Made by a program: the position numbers and the translations under genes. From assembly GCF_009914755.1 (NCBI RefSeq), contig NC_060931.1: DNA of 64,000 nucleotides. The stretch is one strand, 5' to 3'. Positions 1-12,660 of this stretch are shown here, piece by piece. This DNA is from the human T2T-CHM13v2.0 reference genome, Homo sapiens. Positions within the stretch are counted from its first letter, which is position 1. Every line of letters starts with the position of its first letter. A model generated the notes under the pieces. That model had not been told where the DNA came from. It saw nothing but the letters and a program-made list of their open reading frames with translations, and made no database searches.

Positions 1-570
1 GATTCTGATGGAAGTCTGTAGTTTCGATAGTCATAATTACAATACACACAATTCCTGTCCTTCCCCAAACACCCAACAATTGGAACAAGTACGAGCTTTA
101 GCATTCCTTGGATTAAAAATATGTATTTTCCCGATTTCTTTTAAGTAGATAAAGTTTACTTTCTACTTTAGTGGCAAGTATGAATTTACTGAAATAGTAA
201 GGTTTTCTGCTTTACATATTCATACAATAAAAGTAGAAGATAATTATGAGAGATACATTCTTCTTCCCAGTCCAACCATGTTATAAAAGGAGGATTTAAA
301 AAAATGCTGCTACCAGGTGAAAGAATTCACAGATTATCTATGATGATCAGGGTGCTGCGTTGCCACTGTAATGATAAAGTGTGTGTGACATAAGATGTGC
401 TCTCAAATCTCATAAAAGTTAAAATCTATATGGAAATATGTCACAGGGATGAATTTGTTATAAAACATTTAGATCCATAAAATATTGCATTGGCTTATTT
501 ATCATCTGAGTTTCCTACTTGCTAGATCCTCAGCATAAGTTAATGGGGAACCCTCTACCCTCCCCATTTC

Positions 571-870
571 TTTTTTTTTTTTTTTTTTTTTTTTAGATGG
601 AGTCTCGCTGTCTCCCAGGCTGAAGTGCAGTGACGCGATCCGCTCACTGCAAGCTCCGCCTCCCGGGTTCACGCCATTCTCCTGCCTCAGCCTTCCGAGT
701 AGCTGGGACTACAGGCAACCGCCACCACGCCCGGCTAATTTTTTGTATTTTTAGTAGAGACGAGGTTTCACCATGTTAGCCAGGATGGTCTCGATCTCCT
801 GACCTCGTGATCCGCCCGCCTCGGCCTCCCAAAGTGCTGGGATTACAGGCATGAGCCGCCGTGCCCGGCC
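571..870 (-). mobile_element. AluY-like SINE
   Basis: PolyT 571-594, then antisense Alu with AluY-type aagctccgcctcccgggttcacgccattctcc; many CpGs intact; ends ccggcc at 870. Confidence 0.93.
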
Positions 871-872
871 AC

Positions 873-1205
<333 letters not shown>

Positions 1206-1847
1206 TAACCACTCATGACACTGTCAGAATCCCTCTTGTTGCTCACTTCTTTTTTTGCTGTTGTAAGCTGTGGCCTTGCCATATATCTCTTACCAGCCTG
1301 CAGGCACTTGAAGGTTTAATAAGGCATTTTATACAGAGTAGATGTTCATTAAGACAATGTTGTCCCTCAGAAGCTAGATAAGCTAAATTCAAAGCTTCTT
1401 CACGTAGATTTTTGAAAGTCCATTTTTCTACTTAAGATTGTACAAGTGAGGTGGTGAGGATAGTGTGATACTTATAGTTTCTTGAATGTTGTAGCTCTGT
1501 GTGCCTGCTTCCTCTTAATAACTTTATGTTAAAGATTATTGCCACAGCTCAACAGTGCCATTTTTACATTGCATAATATCAATGCTAATGTAAAATTAAA
1601 CCCTTTTAAAATGTTTTCATGAAGAAACAAACCTGCAAGTTTTTGTGTATGAAAGCATTTATTGTATGCAGGGAAATGGAAGGGATTTCCATTGCAGATG
1701 AGACAGAAATGTAACATTCCAATTTCTAGAAGTATTTCAGCCATCTGTGCATTTTAAACTACAACCTCTTAACATATTACTTAGCACTCGCACTCCTTCT
1801 TCCTTCTCCCTCATCAAGTTTTATAGTTATTTCTAATGCTGAATAGT

Positions 1848-2065
1848 TTCTTTCTTTCTTTCTTTCCTTTCTTTTCCTTCTTTTCTTTCTTTTCCTTCTT
1901 TTCTTTCTTTTCTTTCTCATCTTTCTTTTCTTTCTCCTCTTTCTTTCCTTCATTCCTTCCTTCCTTACTTCTCTCCTTCCTTCCTTCTCTCTCTCTCTTT
2001 ATTTTTTCTTTCTTTTTGCTTTCTTTCTCTCTCTCTTTTCTATCCTTTCTTTTCTCTCCTTTTGC
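1848..2065. repeat. CT-rich simple repeat ((TTTC)n/(TTCC)n)
   Basis: About 220 nt of almost pure pyrimidine on the + strand. Confidence 0.95.
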
Positions 2066-2123
2066 TTTGTCTCATTGACCCATAACCTCTGCTTCTAATT
2101 CTTCACTTTCAAATGTCTTTTTC

Positions 2124-2474
<351 letters not shown>

Positions 2475-4234
2475 TAAGTACAGATAGTTCCTCTGCCAAG
2501 AAACATTTTGAGTTGTTAAGATAATATAGTTTTCTGCCCTGCTACAAATGCATGAAATAGAGTTTGTAGAGGATCTATGGTGGGGAAAATGATGGTAAAG
2601 AGATTACAGGATGCAACAGTGGCAAAGGAAGCCCAGTTTATTTGCTCCTTCACAGCTCCAGAAAATATACAGCAGTGACTCTGAAGACCTTGTTTGACGG
2701 CCTCCTACAAATAGATTCAACTAACCTGAGCAGTCTTGTTTAAAATGCAGATTCCTTGTCTTAACAGCTAGAGATTACAATCCACCTGTTCTTTATTCAA
2801 TACACACACAATCAATTTCGAGGACCACTGACAAAAGGAATGTGATAACAGCTGATATGGCCATGAGTACACTGCACTTTTCATAAGGTTTTTAAGCCCT
2901 GGAAAGCCCTGATTTAAACCTGTGATTCTCCAGAAACTCCTGTGCTGGAGGTACAACAGTTTGGAAGTATACTTGGGGAAAGAGAAAACACAAGATGGAA
3001 GGAAGATCTCTCTTTTCACATCGGGAGCACCCTCACAAGAAAAGAAGAAACCAGCTGCAAGTGCATCCAAAAGCATAGAAACCACAAGGAGGCACTATGG
3101 AAACCACCTGCAATTAAACCCAAATGATCTCGAGGGTAGGAGTCAATCCTGCAGGATGTTGTCCCATGCAGAGCATGGAAAGGTGTATTTTTTCTTTATA
3201 ATTCTGTTTGAATGGAAAACAATTTAGCTCAATGTAGAAGAGAAGGGAGAGTCTCACATAAATCAATGGAATTCTGTGATTTGAAAAATATTTCCCAAGT
3301 GAAATAGAACAATGCCCAGAACAACTGTTAAACACATTTGTCACTAGATGAGCTAGAATGGGAATTCTAAATTACTTAATTCACGAGTGATGAAGTTTTG
3401 TTTACAATGACTTTTTAAAGAGGGGCACATTATAAGATGCTATGATGCATGTCAAGATTATATCACCTAGCTTTATTCCTAGTTGAGCCTTATTGCTAGT
3501 GTAAGAATTCCCTGCAGATTTTGTGATGTCATATTATTTGACAAGCAAAATTTGCCAAAAGGTCAAAGGAAGGACCACAGGCTTTCTGGGAAGGGCCACA
3601 GGGCTTTGGAGCTATAGCTAGATAATTCCTTGGGCAAAGGTGGACCTATAATCCTCTGTATCATACCACCAATAATGCACAATCAGATAATTCTGGAAAG
3701 AAAACAAAACTCACCAAAGGGCAAACTTGAGAGAGCATGAGCCATTCTTACAGTTTACTTTACTTTTGTTAGGGTAGTGACATCTTGAGAGTAATTCTTA
3801 GAATGTCTGGTCATTTGTAGCATTATCCATATGCAGAAGTTTGAAACGGAGCCACTCCCCTAGAATTGGATCTGATTAAATTTATACCTCTGGTATCATC
3901 ATAATGTATTTTATTCTGTACACATACTATGTATATATCATGTATTTAGCCATTTTTACAGTGATTTTTCCAGGATAGAATGTTTTATTCTAAAGGAAAA
4001 GGCATCATTTATTATACTGCCTCTTACAATATAGTAGAAAAACACTTTATATGGACCATTTTTAAATGTCACATGGAATAGTTAGTTAATTTGAGACATG
4101 AAATGTCTCAAATTATGCATATTCTTTAAAAACATTAATATTCTAGAAATAAGCATAATATAGAAGCTCCCAGCCACATCAATTATAGTGCCTTTATGTA
4201 TTCAGAGCTTAATTTTTTTATTCTTTGTACTCTT

Positions 4235-7200
4235 TAAAAAAAATTTTAATTGACACATAATTGTACATGGTTATATGGTACAGAGTAATATTTTGATACA
4301 TCTCTACAGTGTGTAATGATTAAATCAGTGTGTGATTATTAAATTAACATATCCATCACCTCAAGCGCTTATCATTTCTTTGTGATGGGAACATTCAAAA
4401 TCCCTTCTTCTAGCTATTGGAAAACAGAATAAATTGTTGTTAACTGTAGTCACTCTACAGTGTTGTAAAACGCTAGAAGGTATTCCTCCTATCTACCTGT
4501 AATTTTGTATCTATTAACCAACCTTTTCCTATTTCTCCCTCTCTCCACTCACTTCCCAACTTCTGGTAAACACTATTCTACTCTCTACATCCATGACATC
4601 AACTCTTTTGGCTTCCACATGTAAGTGAGATTGTGCGGTATTTATTTTTTTTGTGCCTGCATTATTTTACTTAACATAATGTTCTCTTGGCTCATCTAGA
4701 GCCACAAATGACAAAAAAAAATTTCATTCTTTCATTCTGTTTTAATGGTTGTATAAGATTCCATTGTCTATTTATACCACATTTTCTCTATCCATTCATC
4801 CATTAATGGACACATAGGTTGATTCCATATCTTGGCTATTGTGAATAGTACTGCAATAAATACAAAAGTGCAGATATTCCCTCAACACATTGATTTCCTT
4901 CCTTTGGATATACACACAGTTGTGAGATGGCTGGAGCATACAGTCATTCTATTTTTGGCTTTTTGAGGACCCTCCATACTGGCTGTACTAATTTATATTC
5001 CCATGAACAGTGTATAAGAGTTCATTTTTCTCTACATCCTCACCAGCACTAGTTATTGTTTGTCTTTTTCATAATAGCCATTCTAACCGGGGTGAAGCAA
5101 GATCTCATTGTGGATTTGACTTGCATTTTCCTGATGATTAGGGAGGTTGAGAATATTTTCATATGCCTGTTAGCCATTCGTATGTCTTCTTTTAAGAAAT
5201 GATTATTCTGATCAATTGTCCATTTTTAAATCAGATTATTTGGTTTTATTTTGCTGATGAGTTGTTTGGGTTCCTTGTATATATATTCTGGAAATTAATT
5301 AATTAATTAATAGTTTACAAACATTGTCTTCCATTCTACAAGTTGTCTTTTCACTTTGTTGATTGTTTTCTTTGCTCTGCAGCTTTCTAGTATGATATTA
5401 TTTCATTGTTTTATTTTTGCTTTTGTTGCCTGGTGTTTGAAGCCTTATCCATAAAGTTCTTGCCCAGCTGAATGTCCCAAAGCATTTCCCCTATGTTTTC
5501 TTTTAGTAGTTTCGTAGTTGTGGGTGTTCCATTTAAGTAATTAATCCATTTTAAGTTGAATTTTGTATATGGTGAGAGATGGGAGTCTAGTTTCATTGTT
5601 CTTCATATGGATATTCAGTTTTCCCAGCACTATTTATCTATTTTTTAAATTTTAGATTCATTACATACTATGTGCAGGTTCATTGCATGGATATATTGCA
5701 TGATGCGGAGACTGTCCCTTCCCCAACGTATGTTCTTGCTACTTTTGTCAGAAATCAGTTGACTCTATATATGTGGGCTTATTCTGGGTCCTCTCTTCTA
5801 TTCCATTGATCTATGTGTCTGTTTTTATGCCACTGCCAAGATATGTTGGTTATTATAGGCTTGTAGTATATTTTGAGGTCAGGTAGTTTGATGCTTTTAG
5901 CTTTCGTTTTTTTTGTGGGGTTTTTTGCTCAGGACTCTTTGGCTATTTGGGGTCTTTTGTGGTTTCATACAAATTTTAGGATTTTTTTTATTTGTGCAGA
6001 GAATGATATTTCTACCTAGATGATCTGTCCAATGCTGAGAGAGTGGGGTGTTGAAGTCCCCAACTATTGTTGTATTGGGATCAATCTCTCTCTTTACATC
6101 TTTACATTAACTTGATAGGGATTGCATTTAATCTGTAGATTGCTTTGGGTAACAAGGCTATTTTAACAATATTAATTCATCCAATTCATAAACATGGGAT
6201 GTTTTTTACTTTCTGTGTCTTCTTCAATTTATTTCATCAGTGTTTTACAGTTTTCATCATAGAAATCTTTGACCTCCTTGGTTAAATATTTTCTCATATA
6301 TTTTTGAAGCTATTGCCCATTGGATTGCTTTCTTGATTTCTTTTTCAGGTAGCTCACTATTGGTATACAGAAAGATTACTGATTTTTTGTAGGTTGATTT
6401 TGTATCTTGTAACTTTACTGAATTTGTCAATTCAAGGAATTCTTTGATGGATTCTTTAGGTCTTTATATGTGATTATATTATCTGCAAGCAGGGAGTTTG
6501 ACTTTCTCCTTTCCCATGTGAATGCCTTTTATGTTTTTCTCTTGCCTAATTGCTCTGACTAGGACTTCTAGTACTAGGTTGAATAAGAATGGTGAAAGTT
6601 AGCATCCTTGTATCATTCCAGTTCTTACAGAAAAAGCTTTCAGCATTCAGTATAGTATTCATCACAGTTGGCTGCGGGTTCAAATGCTCTTTCTGTGTCT
6701 ATTGTGATGATCGTATGGCTTTCATCTTTTATTCTGTTGACGTGATGTACCTTGATTATTGTTTTGTCTAAGTTGAACCATCCTTGCATCCATGATCACT
6801 TGATCATGGTGTATAATCTTTTTAATATGCTTTTGTATTCATTTTGCTAGTACTTTGTTGAGGATTTTTTTGCATCTATATTCATTGGGGGTATGAGCCT
6901 ATAGTTTTCTTATTTTGTTTTGTCCTTATTTGGTTTTATTATCAGGGTAATATTGGCCTCATAGAATGAGTTTGGAAGAATTTTCTCCCCTTTAATATCT
7001 TGGAATAGTTTGAGAAGACTTGGTGTTATTTATTCTTCCAGTATTTGTTAGAATTCAGCTTTGAAGACCTCCAGTTCTTGGTTTCTCTTTGTTGGGAGAC
7101 TTTTTATTACTGATTCTATCTTGTTATTTGTTATTGGTCTGTTCAGGCTTTTTTTTTTTTTTCTGGTTTAATCATGGTAGGTTGTATGTATCCAGAAATG

Positions 7201-8235
7201 TATCTATTTCCTCTAGGTTTTCTAATTTGTTGGTTTATACTTGTGTCCGTTTTATAGTTGTTGCATAGTTGTACAGTTGGTGTCAGTTGTAATGTCTTGT
7301 TGTTGTATAGTTGTATAGTTGGTGTCAGTTGTAATGTCTTGTCATGTAGTTGTATAGTCGGTGTCAGTTGTAATGTCTTCTTCATTTCTGATTTTGTTTA
7401 TTTGGATCTCGTCTCCTTTTCTTAGTCTAGCTAATTGTCAATTTTGTTTATCTTTTATTTTTAAAAACTTTTCATTTTGTTCATCTTTTGTATTTTTTGG
7501 TCTCTATTTTGTTCATTTCTTCTCTGAAACATTATTTCTTTACCTTTACTAATTTGGGGTTTGGTTTTTCTTGCTATTCTAGTTTTTTTTTAGATGCATT
7601 GTTAGGTTGTTTATTTGAAATCTATTGTTTATTGCTATAAACTGCCCTCTTAGTACTGTTTTTGCTGTATCCCATGGGTTTTGGTGAGTTGTTTTTCTAT
7701 TTTCATTTGTTCCAAGAATTTTTTAAATTTCCTTTTTAAATTCTTCATTGACCCATTGGTTATTCAGGAGCATGTTGTTTAATATCCATGTATTTGTACA
7801 GTTTCCAAAATTCCTCTTGTTATTGATTTCTAATTTTATTCCATTGTGGTCAGAAAAGATATCTGATATGATTTCAATTTTTAAAAATCTTTTGAGGCTT
7901 GTTTTGTAGCCTACTATATGATCTATTCCAGAGAATGTTCCATGTACTAATGAGAAGAATGTGTATTCTGCAGTTGTCAGATAAAATATTCTTTAAACGT
8001 CTGCTAGGTCTAGTGTAGATTAAATCCAAAGTTTCTGTGTGGATTTTCTATCTAGATAATCCGTTCAATGCTAAGAGTGGGGTATTGAAGTCCCTAACTA
8101 TTTTCATATTGGGATATCTCTCTCTCTTTACATAGAATAATATTTGCTTTACGTATCTGGGTGCTCCAGTGTTGGGTATTTACAATTGTTAAATACTCTT
8201 GCTCAATTCATCTTATTATCAATATGTAATGACCA
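4235..8235 (-). mobile_element. Old L1 (L1MA-like), ~4 kb, 3'UTR through ORF2 to the endonuclease region
   Basis: Antisense L1 3' end at ~4240; ORF2 remnants such as MKLDSHLSPYTKFNLKWI.. (5411-5596); T-rich antisense ORF2 continuing to ~8235. Confidence 0.9.
7256..7379. repeat. Three-copy ~39-42 bp minisatellite inside the L1
   Basis: tagttgtatagttggtgtcagttgtaatgtctt units ending at 7298, 7340 and 7379. Confidence 0.9.
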
Positions 8236-8254
8236 GCACTATAGATGAGCGAGC

Positions 8255-8400
8255 TTTAGGGAGTTATTTCCTCTCTTATGTTCACTTTTCTCAGCTGTGA
8301 AAATGAACATAAAAACCTTTACCCCTAAGTTTTTATCAGAATAAAATGAGATAATATTTTAAAACTGTAGAAAACTATAAAAGTATCCAATAAGTGGGTA
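8255..8400 (+). mobile_element. MIR remnant
   Basis: Core-like ttttctcagctgtgaaaatg...aataaaatgagataat. Confidence 0.55.
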
Positions 8401-8501
8401 TAAGTATTAATATTAAATTTGTTTTCTTTATCAATAAATAAGAAACATTTGAAAATATGTTATGCATTGAATTACCACTTTCTCTGAAAATTAGCCTAAT
8501 T

Positions 8502-8713
8502 TAGTTGCTCTCAAATGGAGGTGATTTTGCTTTCCTGGGGATTATTTGGCAGTATCTAGAGACATTGTGGTTGCCACAACTTGAAGGTCCCACTAGCATC
8601 CAGTGGGTAGTGCCCAAGGATATTGCTGAACATTCTACAGTGCACTGGACGGTTCTCTATATCAAAGCATCGTCTGCTCTGAAATCTCAATAGTATGGAC
8701 ATTAAGAAATATT
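8502..8713 (+). mobile_element. MER20-like hAT-Charlie MITE
   Basis: Collinear with the MER20 consensus (..gattttgc..atttggcagtatctagagacat..gcatccagtgggtag..ctgaacattctacagtgcac..). Confidence 0.8.
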
Positions 8714-9952
8714 GGTCAGATTTTAATTTTAAAAAACAAAAATGAGACAACTGTAAATTGCATAAATCGCAAGGATTCTAACAAAAAATTAGAGTAATCC
8801 CCTATTACTTAGAAGTTTGGGTAAGACAGATTTGTGTTAAACTTACAGAAGGTTTGAGAGGTAGGTATTATAATTTCACCAAGAATATGCTCATGCACCT
8901 TGAAATGTATGTTCTGCTAGAGCTTAAATAATGTGTTTAGTAATTCACTGCACTGTAAATAATACTGATCTTAACTATTAGAAAACTAAAGAGTTTTCAG
9001 TGAAAACGTTGCTATTTAGTTGTAGCACATACAAATGGATATTTTCTCTGCTTAAAAACTTTCTATTTCTCTTTTGTGTCAGAGAGGACTCTAGCATTTT
9101 TGAGTACTAGAACAAAGGCTGTATAAGTATATATAAATAATGCAAACTTTTCAACACGTGGCTAATTTCCACGGTTGAACTTTCTCCAGTTCTTATCCAA
9201 ATCTCTTCCACATCCCTTCTGGATAAAAATATCTTAATTCGCCATGTCTAAAATCTGTTTGTATTCAAGACAGTCACTCAAGTCAGAATAATAGAATTTA
9301 AACTACTTGATGCACAAATGTTTTTCATTTATAGATGTAGGCTGTTGTCAAAATAGAATGGGAGGATGTTTGGCAATCTATCTGATGATTATTTAATACT
9401 TAAGGAATCAGGCTACTTGACATACGTGGTACCTCCCTTCTAGACATTTACAGTCCAAAATTCTAAGGTAATGACATAGCAATACACAATTTGTTCCACC
9501 CACCTTTAAACAAATAATATGCGTAATTTTCTTTCTGTTTCCTTTGGACTCCATGTGCCTGACCCTGTGCCAGAAAATAAGAGGACGCTTATAGCAGCCT
9601 TCCTAATTAATATTGACATCACAGCATATGTAAGTTTTCATTAAAGCTTTGAGAGGTGGTTCAGTAGATGTGAAAATGCAGTTTCATTCTAGGCAGAAGA
9701 GAAGTTAAAACCCTAGAAGATAAGAATTTAAAAAGATAATCAATATATTGACTAGCAGTGAATGGATTAAAAAACAGTTGGAAGTTAAGGATGAAGCATC
9801 CACGATTCAATATAAGTACTCATTGTAAATTGTAAATTAGCTCTTTCAATAATTCTGGTACAGAAGACAATTAGTAATTTGCAGGTAAATATTTAAAAAG
9901 TAGCTCTTAAAAAACAAAAACAAAAAAACAAAACCAAGGAAAATATCCACAC

Positions 9953-10336
9953 TACTATGGTCTGAATGTTTGTGTCCTCTCAAAATTGATATGTTAAAAC
10001 CTTATCACCAATGTTATAATGTTAGGAGGTAGGGCTTTTGAGAGCTAATTAGGTCATGAGGGTGGCAGAGCCCTAAATAAATGGGATTAGTGCCCTCAAT
10101 TAAGAGGCCATCGAGAGCTGTCTTGCCTCTCACACCATGTGAGGACGTGGTGACAAGGTGCTGTCTATGCACCAGAAAGTGGGCCTTCACCCAGTACTGA
10201 ATCTCCTATCAATCTGATTTTCTTCTGCTTGATCTTGAACTTCCCACCCTCCAGAAATATGAGAAATACGTCTTTGTTGTTTGTAAGCTACCCAGTTTAT
10301 GGTATTTTGTTACAGCAGCCCAGACAGACGAAGGCA
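9953..10336 (+). mobile_element. MLT1A-like MaLR solo LTR
   Basis: Starts tactatggtctgaatgtttgtgtcc; internal ggtcatgagggtgg..atgggattagtgccct; ends ggtattttgttacagcagcccagacagacgaaggca. Confidence 0.85.
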
Positions 10337-12441
10337 TTCCACCCGGCTATTCATTCGTTTCAGGTTTTCAATGTGGAAGTAACTAGCACAGCTGAGACAA
10401 GACATGCAACAGCAATCCATAGTCCAGTATTTCAACTCTATCTGTACAATAGACATAAGTAACCCCCATAGCACAAATAATAGCAAATATAGTAAAATAA
10501 TTCAGAAATAATGAATTTGGGGTACATAATGCCTTTGTTTCTAATACAATTTTTAAGTTGTAAGTTTATATAATTTAACATTTATAATGGTGTTTAAACC
10601 AGGCTCACAAATTTCTGAAGATTTAGCTGTCAGTTCTTGCAAGTCAGTATGAGCTGGCTTTAGCACACCATTGATGGGATAGTCATTTCAATTTCCCACT
10701 TAACTTTGATGTATTGAGTTGGAACTTGATGTAAAAGATGACTAGTAGTCACTGTAAGTGTATTAAAGGTCATTACGCTGGGAGAGAAACATATTTTTTG
10801 AAATTTTGACCGTTAAAGATATAGCAGAAAAAACCTCTGGAATAGAAGTTACACTATAGAATTGGTATAGCAGTATTTGGAAAGAGTATAAATATTGGAA
10901 TACTTTACATAATACAGCCAAGAAGAGATTATAGGAAAAAAGCAGAATGAGAAACATGATTTTGGGGACTAAGAAACTTGTAGCTTGTTTGTGGGCTTAA
11001 GATTTAAAAGGGATGGTTGGATTACAAAATCTTGTGTATCTTGTTCAAATAAAGATATATGACCACTGACTGACAACAATAAATCAATTTGTACGCATTT
11101 GTGCATGTGTCTGTATGTGTAGGGGATGTGTGTTTTCAAATGTGGCATCTGTCAGGCCATATTTGAAATGCACAGTTTTTATTAAGGATCCTAAAATCTT
11201 CTGTAAGGATATTTTATAAGTAGAGCATGAAAACCAAGTAGACATTTTCTTTAGATTGCCTGAAAATTTAAGGTACATTTTTGTCTTTATGCCAAGAGAA
11301 CTGGTTACTTTAAGAGCTAAACCCTATATTGCTATGGCTTTTATCAAAAAGATTCCATTTACTATATTGCTCTGGATTTTCCTGTTCCTTTCTTGTTTTC
11401 AGAAAACCGCAACAAACTATTTTTTTTTTAAGTTGAATAAAATAAAAGTAGAATGCCTCACTTTGGAGAGGAAAAGAATAGCTAAGGTCGAGCTTAAAGG
11501 AAAAAATTACAAAAAATTATGTGCCACAATGAAGCTTTGAAAATGAAGCATTGAACAAATGAAAGAATGACAGTTTGCAAATCAGGAGTCCAGAAGTTTT
11601 GTTTTATGATTATGTTGCAGCTTAATTTCTTTATATCTTTCTGCCATTGTTAAAAAAAAAAAAGCAGTCGGAACTTCAAAGCGACCCCGCATGTGTTCTG
11701 AATCAGGGCTTCAGAGCTGATGTCTGACAGCCCAGAAATTAAAACGAAATAAATATGCCATTTTAACTCCAATTTTTTCCCTAACAACAACAACAACAAC
11801 AACAAAATCACTTTTTCTCTATTTATGGTTTTTTTGTTAACTTTAAAATTGTGTTCCTTTGGATATTTTCTCATTTACCAATTATGGGACTGGGCCCTTA
11901 GAGTGCAGAGTTCCCGTAGACTTCAGAGGGAATTTCAGGAAACGAGAGTAGATGTTAAGGCTTCGCATCAGCCTTTGTGACTTTTTCTGTACTTTAAAAC
12001 AGACCCTCCTCTCACCCACCGCTGGAAAAAAAAAAAAAAAAAAACAGAAAAAGACAAAGAACCTTAGTCATTAGGCCATACCCAAACACCTGCATTTGGC
12101 TGTTCTTGCATTTTCTTGGGATGACGGAAGCAGACATCTCCAAAGAACAAAGAAAGGCTCAGGGATGGTTTGTGTTTGAAAGTGTACTAGCGTGAATATG
12201 AAATGTCAGTCACTAGCCAGAAATTTGGCAGCCATTTCTTGGAGCATTGAAGAGAGTAATTACAGTTTGACCCACAGAGCTCTGTGATGTGGTGGTAGAG
12301 ATGAATCTTTGACTAATGTAGAATCATAAATGCAAGGGGACTTTGATATCATCTGCAATAATTTCTTAGTTTTACAAATGAGAAAGTGAGGACACTGTGT
12401 CTCAGGGTGGCAAAGTGTTTTGCTCAAAATAATACAGTTAG

Positions 12442-12660
12442 TAAAGTGGTGTAAAATTTTGATGAATTCTATTATGTGGCTAATGAGATAGAGATAGAAG
12501 CTATTGGGCTTCAGAGAGAAACTATTGAAACTTCAGGTAGAAGCTACTGGGCTTCAGAGAGAAACAGGCACATAAAGTGGTGTAAAATGTTGATGAATTC
12601 TATTATGTGGCTAATGAGATAGATATAGAAGCTATTGAGCTTCAGAGAGAAACGGGCACA
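12442..12660. repeat. Complex local tandem duplication
   Basis: ~81-bp unit at 12442-12522 repeated from 12573, with a partial copy at 12538-12572. Confidence 0.92.

Noticed and set aside
7256-7379. Repeat units resembling a CRISPR array
   Set aside because: No unique spacers, no cas genes, eukaryotic L1 context; it is a minisatellite.
10540-10673. Possible second MER63-like terminus (..ttagcacaccattg)
   Set aside because: Only one end is recognisable; too degenerate to call.
12442-12660. Repeat-spacer-like pattern
   Set aside because: Explained by local tandem duplication.
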